64,000 bases of DNA from Azolla caroliniana (Eukaryota; Plantae; Polypodiophyta). The position numbers and the translations under genes are program-made. The DNA lies in NCBI GenBank assembly GCA_043228905.1, contig JBHGNT010000002.1:18786001-18850000 (forward strand), given 5' to 3'. Under the pieces are notes generated by a model. It saw only the letters and a program-made list of their open reading frames with translations. It did no database searches and was not told where the DNA came from. Shown here one piece after another: positions 39,301 through 51,002 of this stretch (positions within the stretch are counted from its first letter, which is position 1; each line of letters opens with the position of its first letter).

Positions 39301-42240
39301 ACTTTCCAAAAGGGGCTTAGAAGAGGTATCAGAGACATGCAGAATCTCTATGTATTTCTCCTGAAATTGTCGAAAATGTTACAAATTGTATTGCAGAAAT
39401 TCTTCCAGTCAATTGCCATGATATTCCCATCAGAAAGTGAGAATAAAAACAATTCACCTGTACCAGAGGGCATCCCACAGAATGATGGATCTCCCATGTC
39501 TCATACTCGTCTCCTTCCTACAGAGAAAGGTAGTTGTGAAGAAGTTAAAATGCAAGATCATTCCTATGAAAATGTAATAGGAAATGGATTGTTTACTGAA
39601 CATCAGTGTCATAAAGGTGGCCCACATGAAAGTCCTCAGTTAAGAAAACAGCTGACCAAAAGGTTGAAGAATGTGAGTAAAACTGCCAAGGTTAGTATTT
39701 TAAGCAATATCATGCATGGGTTAGTATTTTAACAGATATACATACATGGATGTGTATCAAACACCTTCCCCCTACACATCATGGACATATATCCTCTATT
39801 TTAACTCATTGCATGATTAACTTGTGGAAGCAAATCACAGTTTGATCCCAAGCTCAATGAAGAGTTAAAGCATTGGAATGAGCTATTGGACTCGGAAGGA
39901 CGCCAATTTTGTCAAGATCATGGTTTTGTTACTGGATTTCTTGAAGGTGGAACCAGCCACAGCATTTTCCGCAACTATGAATTTCAGGTACTTCTCCCTC
40001 CTATTCCGTATTTACAGTATTTAACAATGAAATCTTGGCCACTAGTTTATTTGAAAAGTTGAATTTTTTTACTCATACAAATTATTTTTGGCTACTTTAA
40101 CTACCAATAAGACTTGTCTTTCTGGTCGAATATCTCATGGTGCTGAGGTTGCTAACCATGATAATTATTTGTATGATGACAAGCAAGTATAACAAGCAAG
40201 CTTAGCAAAGGGGTCTGACTGTTCTTGAATTTCTTCCAGCTGATTGTTTCAATTTGTTTCACTCATATCCTTTACTTTCTTGAGGGGGAATACTAGGTTG
40301 AAGTCCAAGATCCATAGGCGAAACTGCATTAGATATACAGATTCTAAAGGACTAACAGTGGTCTAAAGGAATTCTGAACTTTCATTTTGATAGTATTGCT
40401 AAAATTGAAATTCAGGTCTATCCATAAGGTGCTACACTGTTCAGTGGTCATAATATAGATAAGGGGTCCTATTTGTCTTGGCTATTAACATGATTACCAT
40501 GCAAACAATGAATGTGTATATCATGAGATGTTTTGGGAACATTCTGAATCCATAGCTACAATTGCTCGTTTAACAATCACACAAAATCCACCTGCAGTTT
40601 TAAAAGGTCCAACTACCAGCAATTATGGAAATATTGTCTTGAACCATCAATTGCCTTGATCCAAAATTAAACCCTAAACCCTAAACTTACTGTCAAGTAC
40701 TTATTTACCAATAACTTCTTAATGCGTGGCTATTTAGGGAGGCAGTGTTACACTGAAGAAACATTATTGCATGCTCTATCTACATGTAGATTATGAAAAG
40801 ATAAATGTTTTTCAGTAATCTGAAGCACATTGATGCATGGTGACCCTGATATGCACTTGTCGCGTCATATCGATGCAATTCAACGTGCATAGGAATTTGA
40901 TAAGATGGATGAGCCTTGAAGCCATTCATATTACAATAGAGACTGTGGATGTAGAAAGGCCAAATGATCTTGGTCTCGTCATGAAAAATTGTTAATGATT
41001 TATAATGGCGCCAATTCCTTTTCTGTTGAAGAGTCACATCCTTCATCAAGCAGGAGATGCTTTGCAAGGATGCAACAAGGGATAGGGGTCGTGGGCTGGA
41101 GTGATGATCATGAGGATTCCATGTCTGATATCATAGATTTCATTAATATGAATTCCCAATATAGAAAATAATTAATTACTATGCAAACTATGATACAAAA
41201 ATATCACAAGCAGCTCCTTATTGATACTTTAGTAGATGTAAGTAGCAATACTGCCAGGAACACAAATCACTCAATTTTTTGTCTGATCACATTAATGACA
41301 AGATGTTGCATAGTGGGACAAATGCTTTGTATGCTTCACAATTACCTTATATCATTCCTCAATGTTTATTATTTTATCAGGTGCGGTTAGAGCATGTACT
41401 TGAAAGAATAACGCTCATCTCACAAGCTGCCGATACACAGAGACCGTCAAAAGTTACAGAACATTTGTACATAGGGGGGGCGCTTGCCGCAAAATCGTTC
41501 CATACGTTACAGTACATTGGAATCACTCATGTCCTGTCTCTATGCCCAACAGAACTGCGAGGCTTCAGAGAGGAATTCAACCTCACCTTCTGTTACAAAG
41601 AAATTCATGTATGACCCACATTTTCTTCATCCTTTTATATAACATCAGATAAAGGTTGTCCTTGTGAAGAATGTGAGCTCATATATTCATTAACAAAAGT
41701 CACAAAGACAACCAAATTGATTGCAGGTACTGGACCAAGAAACATCAGATATAAGCTGCTTCTTTAACGAATCAAATGACTTCATAGATGTTTCTAAAAA
41801 GATGGGTGGAAAATGTCTTGTACATTGCTTTGAAGGGAGAAGCCGAAGTGCTACGATTGTGCTCGCTTACTTAATGCTACATGAGTAAGGACAACTACAT
41901 GAAGTTCTACTCTATATGTTTAGATTCTTCATCATATAAAAGAGAATTCATATGCTGATATACATGTATCATGTATCTTTTGTGTGGTAGAAATCTGAAG
42001 CTTTCACAGGCATGGGAGAAACTCAAAGCCGTGCATCGTCGAACTCAACCAAATGATGCATTTATGCATGCTTTGATGGAGCTTGATAAGCAGATTCACG
42101 GTAAAACATCAATGGAATGGCGGAGAAAAAAACCTATGATGCAAATCTGCAACATTTGTGGGAAAGGTACTGGTTTGAGTGTTTCATCTTTACAGAAACA
42201 CATGGAGAGGCATCTTGGTATAGACCCCAAAAGAGGTTAA
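33389..42240 (+). CDS. PHS1: PHS1-like protein: actin-fragmin-type atypical (tubulin) kinase, dual-specificity phosphatase and C-terminal C2H2 finger; about 860 codons with one in-frame TAG
   Basis: Phase-consistent exons: 33389-33532, 37297-37457, 37553-37739, 38040-38216, 38494-38651, 38718-39690, 39841-39987, 41381-41608, 41727-41884, 41991-42240. Motifs VNSGGVVYFA, QSERFGNELAKHLGV, DLVLRNEDRL, GWRGNPDNLL, IDSGVPRRPPAGKR, VRLEHVLERI, catalytic HCFEGRSRS and CNICG...HMERH. TAG at 37659-37661. Confidence 0.9.
33690..33763. repeat. 28-bp tandem repeat (about 2.6 copies) in PHS1 intron 1
   Basis: TGTCTCCATCATATTCATATCACACTTC is repeated. Confidence 0.8.
34900..35810 (-). mobile_element. Decayed non-LTR retrotransposon RT C-terminal relic (RTE/L2-like) in PHS1 intron 1
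   Basis: Minus-strand traces SFKYSG (like FKYLG), TKITCFNS..QLLLYGVE and KIEKVKKM...TMPYPVML. Confidence 0.4.
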
Positions 42241-42445
42241 TAATAGGAGATATGATGGGCTCCGAGGTTCATTCAGACTTCCATTTTTCCAAGGATGAGA
42301 GGTGTACGACAACATAACCTCTTTATGATGTGAGGGGTTAACATAGATGCTGGTATCTTATTAATGTTAACTGAAAAGGTCAGTGTCAGGTGATATGAAG
42401 CAAAACTATGCCTATAGTGGATGTTTTAGTACATACACTGTAATA

Positions 42446-42721
42446 ATGGGCATTATAATCCAAAAACTTATGATAAATTGTATTGCTTTAGGTTGTCTTC
42501 AATTGCGTAGAGCTAAATTCTAGTATAAATCATATGAATTTGCACTGATAGCACCCTTCAGAAGATTCTAGAATGAAAGTCGTCAAGATGGGCATTTTAA
42601 TCCAAAAACTTATGATAAATTGTATTGTTTTAAGTTGCCTTCAATTGCGTAAAGATAAATTCTAGTATAAATCACATGAATTTGCACTGATAGCACCCTT
42701 CAGCAGATTCTAGAATGAAAG
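42446..42721. repeat. 142-bp tandem duplication downstream of the PHS1-like gene
   Basis: ATGGGCATT.TAATCCAAAAACTTATGATAAATTG...GATTCTAGAATGAAAG starts at 42446 and 42588. Confidence 0.9.
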
Positions 42722-43049
42722 ACGCTTCGTGACTTTTTAAAATTTAAGTCTAATCTGTGATCCTTAACACCTATGATTACGCGGTAGGGGAACCTAGTAC
42801 CACCAAGAAATCATTATTGATTACTTTGGGTAAATCATAGAACTCAAAAACTGGAAAACAATAGTGTAGCATGGCACTCAACCAAAAGGTGGCAACTACT
42901 TTACTACTATATTTGTACTAGAGTCGTGTCAACAGTGCAAAATCAAATAGTTACAAATTTCGCACATCGATAATCCATTGTGATAGGTTTTGTGGATCAT
43001 ATTATTGAACATGCATCTATAATGAAAGCAATGGGTCTATCATTATGTT

Positions 43050-44030
43050 CCTTATGAAAAACATTCTTTTTTTAACTTTGAAATCTTTCGCATTACAAAG
43101 TGGTCTCACAAACTTGACTTCCACAACCCAATGGCTAGAGAGCCGTGCATGCACACACAAATAATGTAGCTTTCAATAAAGACAATCATTTTAGAACACT
43201 AATCCATTAGTCGCTATTTATCACATTTCATATGAAATTGAGCATCCCCTAATGCTTGAATTTTCACTTATGTTGGTTTCTTACACCACATTCCCAAAAT
43301 ATAAAATACAATTAATTCAATAACTAGACTCACATTGTTGGCATTTTATGCTATTCCTCCGTTGTGTAAATGATGGATGGCATGAAAATTGATAGTAGAA
43401 TGTCTAGTTGTGGTTCGAAGGAGGAGATTTGCAAGATGATGATCTTGATGCCCAAGTGGCCTTCATGTTGATTAGACTTTGAACTTCAGAGACAAAGAAA
43501 GGAAGAGTTTCCACTTACCGATAAGCTTTTTTATGTCAAGTTCTAATTCTTGCCTTGGTTCTATCCTTAAAATAATTGGGCAATGTTCAATAGGCTAAAT
43601 TTTGGGGTTTTTGTTTTTTGATCACTTAGAAGTGGAGCTCTTTCTTTGAGGCACTTTCAATTTCATAAATTCATTCACACGATGTAATTGTGCAGCTTCA
43701 TCAAAGCAAGCAAGCAAGGGCAATATTGCCAATCTTTGGCTATTGCCTACCTATTGGCCGGTTTCATTCGACTAGCTTGCGACCCCTATTTATTTGATGA
43801 ATCCCATCAGGTAGTTTATGCACTCACAACCAATCTACTTTTGTCTTGAAATGCCTTCTTTAGGCACTTTCCTCTTACTAGGTATAAAGAAAGGAGTTTG
43901 CCATTACATCATAGGTCTAAGCATCTTGGTCGGGTTAGGTAGCGATCAAGAAAATCCCTTTCCTAGTGGTGACAAAGGGAAGAGGGTGTTCTCGTAAGAG
44001 TTGGAGAGCTTAGGGGGGCATTGTGTTAAT
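43050..44030 (+). mobile_element. Highly decayed gypsy integrase 3' relic
   Basis: Traces resembling HPQ.NG..ER and RKE.FP motifs. Ends in a PPT-like AGGGGGGCA followed by TGTG near 44010-44025. Confidence 0.3.
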
Positions 44031-44469
44031 TACAAATTTACATATGTAATGCAAATGAAGGTACACTTCACGCGTGGAGGGTTCTCAGCTCTTGCCAGCG
44101 ACTCTTTTCACGAGACCCGCTTGCATGTGTGCATGTGAAAAGGAGTCCGTATCCGACTACATACTTAGCTCAGGGCAAAAAAAAAACAAAACAACAACAA
44201 CAACAACAACAACACAGAAGGACCCCCAACAAAAGCGGGCAGCAATGAGCGGAAAAGCAGAAAGCAGAAAGACGAAAGCAGAAAAGCAGAAAAGCAGAAA
44301 GCAGAAAGCAGAAAGCAATCGTCGCTAAACCCCAGCGATCGATTGAGCGCACCCTTCTCTGTCTCTCTCTCTCTCTCTCTCATCACCGCCTCTCACTCTG
44401 CCTGCCCCCCCAACTCAGAGAGAGTATACATACCTATATATAAATCCCCCGCCGCTGAGGAAACCGCCA

Positions 44470-47400
44470 ATGGTGCCATTGCCATCGCCATCGCCATCGC
44501 CATCGCCATCTCTCCCTTCGTCTTCGTCTTCGTCTTCGTCTTCAGCTCCTGCAGCTCCCTTCCCTCCTTGTTGGGCAAGCACCAGACCTGGCCCCTCTCC
44601 CCTTCGATCCCAGACGAGCTCAGGCGCAGCCGCTTCTGCTCCTCTGCATATCCATCACCTCCAAGACGTCGCTGCCTGGGCCTCCTCCTTCCTGCCCCCC
44701 CTCGCCGCTTTCCTCGGCACCCGCCTTGCTTCCTCCTGCCAGTCTCTCGGTTGCCCTCCCCCACCTTCTCCTTACACCGTCTGCGAAAGGTAGGCCTGCC
44801 CTGCTCGTCTTTTTTTTTTTTCCCTTTCAGTCGTGCCTTTCATTGTGTTTTCATCGCTTCTGCATTGATTTCTTTGTTTGGTTTCTGTACATCGTTGAAA
44901 TCTCGTGAAATCTGTCCTTTATCCAGTGTATCTGCGATAGATCCTTTTCTTTTTGCTTACTTTCTTCTTCTTCTTCACCCTGCTTCTTTCATCTGAGCAA
45001 GATGTGCCTTTTCTCGGATCATCACGTCGGCTGTGATGCATCTATCCTCTTTCTTTCAACAGGGCATCAGATCGTAAAATGTGGTTTTTTTTTTCACGAT
45101 GTCAGACATTGATCCATGTACTTTTAGCTCGTTTCACCTACAGCATTTATTGCACGTACTAGTTAAGCCATTCTGCTAGCTTTTTAATGCCTTGTGATCG
45201 CATGCCATCTGTTTAATCGTTTTTACCTCACTCCTGAATCGGTATATATAGTAGAAGAATCCTTGTTTCTTTCATTATGCTTGTTCTGCATCCTTTTCTT
45301 GTTATTTTTATTTATTATTGTTCACGCGTCTTTTCTTTTCCCGTTGGATCCTTTGCTTTTTAGCAATGCCCTTTGTGATTTGCATTCCTTCACATCTCAT
45401 GCTTCCTTTTTCGTTTCAATTCATCATGAGATTGTGAATCCTTTTCCATGCATTTAACTTGTTTACTCTTTACACCATTTCTTGCTATTGTTATTTGTAA
45501 AACGTCTTGATTTCTTTGTTTTCTCGTTGTGACAGATGTGAGTCTATCCTTCTTGTAGGATCCAACTGCTCAGTACGTGTTAAACCTCGTAAAACTCCAT
45601 CTTCTTCCAGACGACGAGCCAGGCAACATCTCAACAGCATTGTGTACTCCTGTCATTATTGCTCTTTTGAAAATCTGAATCCAGGCACCCAAAAAGCGTA
45701 TGTAAAAGAGAAGCTGTCTGAATTAGTTGCTTGTAAAAATAAACTTACTGAGGAGATTCAAGTTGTTAATGTTCCCACTCCGGCTGCTCTGTCACAAGCA
45801 AAGAAAGTTGGAGGTATTGAGGCATTTCCTTCTTCACCAGTAACCCCTGGAAGTATCGGAAAGAAACTCAAGAGGAAAGGATGGTTGTCGCTAAAGGATT
45901 TGGCTGCATCTTCAAATGATTCTCGTTCTTTGGCAAATAAGGAGTCTGTATCTATCGAGAAACTAAGAAAAACTCCAAGTGCATTTCAAAAGAATTCCAC
46001 AGATAAAAGAAGAGCGAAGTCAATGGTTTCTCCGAGTTCTTTCTCACATCCGCTATTAATTGAAGGTGAGCATATTGTATTCCAAGCATGTATGGAAAAG
46101 TAGTTTTATATGAATTTATGGTCTTTAGCAAATATACTATTCTTTCGGGAAAATAATGACATTTAATGACTTGGCAGATAAGTTGGTTGAAAGGAACTCT
46201 GCACCCGGTTTAGTTTCGGCTATTAATAAAACTGTAGGGGATGTGGATATGAAACCTACAGAGGATCATTATGGTAAAGAATCTGAGCAATTACATTTAT
46301 CTACTATCCCAAAGACACAAGCTGACCACAATTATGAACGTTTGCATGAGTTCTCTATGTCTCGAAACAATGGAAATAAGGTTCCTAAATCACGATCTCC
46401 ATCTCCTGGTAAAACTGATGATCATGAAAACGATATGGAGATAGAGAGGTCTGGGCAAACTAGTTCGAATTTGCTTCTGTCTGAAATACAGAACAAGGAA
46501 AATGAAGAGTCCCATATACTATGCAAGGATTTGATTTGTATCCCTACGAGTTTGGAATTTACTACGTCAATGAGGGCAGCGGATGATGATGATACAACAA
46601 TGAAACATGCTGTTTCTTCAGATATTGATGGAGAAAAGCTTGTTATACAATCACAAGAAATGTTGAATCCAGGGAACATGCAGTCTGACAAAGAGAAACT
46701 GCTGTTAGCTGAAGTAACAACTGGTGTAGATCCCATTGTTAAAGAAACTGAATATCGTGTTGAAGATGATCACTCCCCCAGGCATGATGGAGATGAAGAG
46801 ATTGCCGAGAGAGAGACACCAGGTTTAATGGTCGATGATACTGCAGATGTAAAAGAGATCATGGACGTTGAAACAACTGGATTTCAAACTACTGATAGTA
46901 TGTCTGCTTGCGAAGATAAATGTCCCAAAATCATTGAGGAATTAGTATCCCAGATTAAGGATCCCATTGCAACAGTAGGGATCAGAGGAGTTGAACATGT
47001 TTCTGCAGATAGGACTCTTGCTGAATCTGAGACCACAGATACCAATGAATCACCATCGTCCATAAAGGTTTCCGAAGCTGAAGTGGCACATGTTGATTCT
47101 AACGTTTTGGAACATTCTAGACAAGATAATGTATCAAAGGATAATGGCCCATCTGGTGTTCTTAATGAAGTTATTGCTAATTCTCATCTATATTCAAGAG
47201 TGCTTGATCCCATGGCCGAAGCATCTCAATTTCATGTTAAGTCTCCTGACAGAGTTGAACATAGTGAAGTTCTTCAGAGAGGACATGCAGTACAGCCCAT
47301 TGCACAAGGAGCCCACGTCACTGTTGAATACCCCATTACAAAATATGAAAAGAATGTGGATACTCATCCATTGAAGGGGACACTTAGCGCCTTCCCTATC

Positions 47401-48992
47401 CCTGCCAAAATTTCTGCACGAGAAGGGGTAAATGATACTTCCAATGGTGTTGATATGCAGACTTCCGTCCAAGATGATGTGAATAAGGATTTTGAAACAC
47501 AAAGTCTAGTATGCTCCAAGCCTTCTGGAGTGTCAAGTCAGGAGAATGCAAGGTCTTTTACAGAATCAAAACTCTTTGCTGCCCTGCAAGACAAATCTCT
47601 CCAAAAATTGGAGGAGACATTAGACAAGGTTAACAATACCTTAGCTGCTAGGAAACAAGATGTAGAGCTTTTAGTTGACTTGCAGAAGAGTGTCAGGTGT
47701 GTGTTATAAACTTCATTGGATCTATTAGAATTTTTTTGAAGTTAAATGTTATGTTTGATGTTAGTATTATTGACATTCACATGATGTTTGCTCTGATTCT
47801 TCTCCTCTTTTTTGCATGTAGTTTGGATTTAAATTTAAAAAGTTTGTATATATATATATCCCTGTGAATTGTGTTTAATTGACCTATAATATATAGCTAC
47901 GACAGAATAATAATTATGTCAGTATTTAGACTAATCTTCAAGCTCTGCAGGAAACAGAATATAGGGAGACTCAAATTAGAAAATTTGTTTTCTTCAAAAC
48001 ACAGCGATATTGAGGATAAGCTATCAGTTCTGGATGCAAAATACCATTCCATTGATCAGAAACTCTCACAAATTCCAGTGAGTTAAATTGTACACGGTTT
48101 GGCATCGTATCTTTAATTATAACTATTGTTATAATGTTTCTGGTTAAATTTATTTCTACTGTTTTCTCAGAATCTCCAGAATGAGATTCATCACTTATCG
48201 GATCAAGTCTTGACGGTAACCAATGCAGTAAATCAGCTAAAAGAGGCATTGAAAGAGGGTCTTATTGAAGCTAGTGCTGCAAAATCAGATCAAATTTTGG
48301 AGTTGACAAAGGCATTTAATTGGCTTACAGACAAACTTGCTTATCAATCTCCTCCTAAACTGGGTATCTTCTTCTCATTGTTTTACCAATTTCATTGGGC
48401 TTCTAAACCCGAAACCCTAAAACCTTTTGATGTATTGTTAAAAATGGATCCTATGGAGAAAGATGATTGAAATACATCCATTAGTGAAGGTCAATGTCTT
48501 CTCAACAGCTGCCACCATTGACCGTGTTCTTTTATTGTGTTTATGTTTCTGTTATGGTGTTTTATGTTTCTAGGTATGGCTGATTATGAATCCTTTCTTA
48601 CAGCAACTGAATCTCTTTAATGCACAGGGGGCAGCCTATTGGAAGAAAGTTTGCCTTCCATGAAAGATGGGCGCAATGGTTCAGCCTATGATGTGGAGCA
48701 ACTGCATACAAATGATGTGGATGTCTTACAAATTGAAGCAGCTAGGAATGTAATCTCCAGAAAGAGGAATGGTGCTAATATGAATGTGACCAGACCTTCA
48801 AAGCGACAGAAAAGACACAATAAAGAAAGTGTAGAGACTTACACTGTGCCCTCAGATAAGGATAGTGAAAATATAGTTTCTATGGCTCCATCTGGGTTTC
48901 CAAATAAGAAGAAACCACATCTCACAAAGATTGGTCGCCACTGGTTCTGCTTGTCGAAGACTAATGGAAAGCTTCACTGTCGGATGATATGA
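44470..48992 (+). CDS. Rpr2/Rpp21/SNM1-domain (RNase P/MRP subunit-like) zinc-finger protein with a long acidic disordered region and coiled coil; about 1017 aa
   Basis: Phase-consistent GT-AG exons: 44470-44789, 45536-46065, 46178-47696, 47951-48077, 48171-48363, 48628-48992 (3054 nt). N-terminus HLQDVAAWA..PPLAAFLGTRLA..CERCESIL..GSNCSVRV...IVYSCHYC..N..GT fits the plant Rpr2/Rpp21 family pattern. Confidence 0.8.
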
Positions 48993-49959
48993 GAAGCAAA
49001 AATAGAATGGTGTGTGGAGAAGACAAACGGGTACGTTCATCACTACTTGTACATTGAAGAATAAAGTTGGTCGTAAATAAGCTGGTGTGGATTTGCAGAT
49101 TTCCATTTTGCAGATTTTCCGTTTTGAGCAGAAGAGATTACTTTGGAAAATTTTGTATGAGGCAGAGTAGGTACTTGCTTGCCCCCAAAGGGTAAAGTTT
49201 TTGTGTCAAAAATGAAGTACACTATTTTATTGGTCTTGTTTTTTGAGAGTGAAAACTGAGCAGAGACCTGTTCTCTCAGATTTTTGTTAAAGTGTCGTCA
49301 CTGGATTATTATCTCCCAGATTTTTGACAGTAAGTGTTGTCATTGGATTACGAGGCAATAAACAAATATATGGTCTTATATAATAAAAAAGCATGTTTCC
49401 AAAACTCTATTAGGGATTGCCTATGAAATTTCAAGGGAAATACATGGTTCATATGTTGTGAAGGTATGATTTATGTTTTTGGTTGCAGTTTTTTAGTGTT
49501 GAGCTTGTGAAATTTGTCTTTACTTGTGTTGAAAGGGTTCGAGTTATAACACCTATTACTATCAGGTGCCAACTTCACTAAAAACACAGATTCGCTTCTT
49601 GCTAATGAGCAATGATCATAATTTTAGTATGAACCTCTGATTTTCTTTGGTAAGCATATTATTTTAAGTATTGAATTATCCTTCGTAATAAAGGTGATAT
49701 TTCAATGATCTACAAAAGTACATGGTTATGGTGTATAGCCATGACAAATGTACGATAGGATTATTGTTAGTCAGACATGTGAAGAGCTCCAAATAACTCC
49801 AAATAACTTACATAACAATTATAGCTTGTTAAATTTGTATTTTTTTCTGAATGCTTAATATTAGCAAAATTGATGAGGCTAGTCTGTTTCTTTTAGTCAT
49901 AATGTAAATGGGGATACGTGGTGGTAACAATATTGTTTCAGCCCCTTAAAGTAACAATT

Positions 49960-50415
49960 GGCAATGGTTCGGTTCAAGAGTGTCAAAACCAAATTGTGTT
50001 AAAACCGAAAACAAATTTGAATCGAATCAAACTGAACCACGAAAACATTTAAATTGAAACCGTTTAAACCAAAACCATTTAAATTGAACCGTTACAAAAA
50101 ATCTAAACTGCAACCATTAATCCATGAAAATTGCATTTTCATGGTTCGGTTTTGGTTTTCAAGTTAGGTCAAAATTCAAAATGTAAAATTTTTATTTTTT
50201 TAATTATTTCAAATTTTTATTTAAAAAATTTAAAATTTTTTCCTAAAATGTGAGAATTAGGCTTAAAAGTGATAAAGGTTGTTTAATTTAAAAAAAAAAT
50301 TGTGACAACCCTAAACCATCAATTTGTTTTAATCGAACCGGACCGAACCATTCATCCCCAAAACCGAACCGAATCGAACCATTAAAAAAAACTTGAATTT
50401 TAACCAAACCGTTTA
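49960..50415. repeat. AACCGAACC-rich non-autonomous DNA transposon/MITE-like element
   Basis: Clustered GGTTCGGTT and AACCGAACC motifs in opposite orientations around an AT-rich core. Confidence 0.55.
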
Positions 50416-51002
50416 AACTGTTAAGTTGTTAAGTTTTAGTCGCTGGTTGTTACCTTAAAGCATAATCAACTAAGGTTAAACTCTCAAATTGCAGTTAGAT
50501 GTTATTGAAAGATTGGCATGGTAATTTTATACGCCTTATAGTAACTAGGTTCTATGTGGGCTTACAAATTATTCCTTTGAAGTGAATTGTTGCATTCAAA
50601 TATCTTGTTGGTAGGGTTGAATCTTCGTGGGAAGAATGCATTGTAGATTGTAGAGGGACATAACTCATTTGAGGGGAAAAATGGCCGCCATTGGCCTAAT
50701 AGTTTATGCATTCAACTTGATAAATGGTTGATGAATAATGTGTACATTATCTTTTATCTTGTCCTTCAACTTGGATATGCCATCAAATGAAAGGTGTTGC
50801 TAAAAATGATATCATAGTAAAGGATGACTTTGTATGATTCTTTCATTGAGCCAACATCAATATATGTATTTATATCTATATATATTAATACTCGCAACAT
50901 AATTTGAATTGTGTTTCAATTAGAAGGAAATGCATACATTGGAGAACCCCTACTTGAGAGGTCTTTGAACTTTGGATTGCATTAGTTAGTGAAAAAAAAT
51001 GT

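Noticed and set aside
40669-40687. AAACCCTAAACCCTAAAC telobox-like motif in a PHS1 intron
   Set aside because: About two units, which is common in plant genomes; there is no evidence of function.
44074-44996. Overlapping ORFs with poly-T, AIAIA, FVFVF, MAMAMA and poly-C/L tracts
   Set aside because: These are alternative-frame and antisense translations of microsatellites around exon 1 of the Rpp21-like gene.
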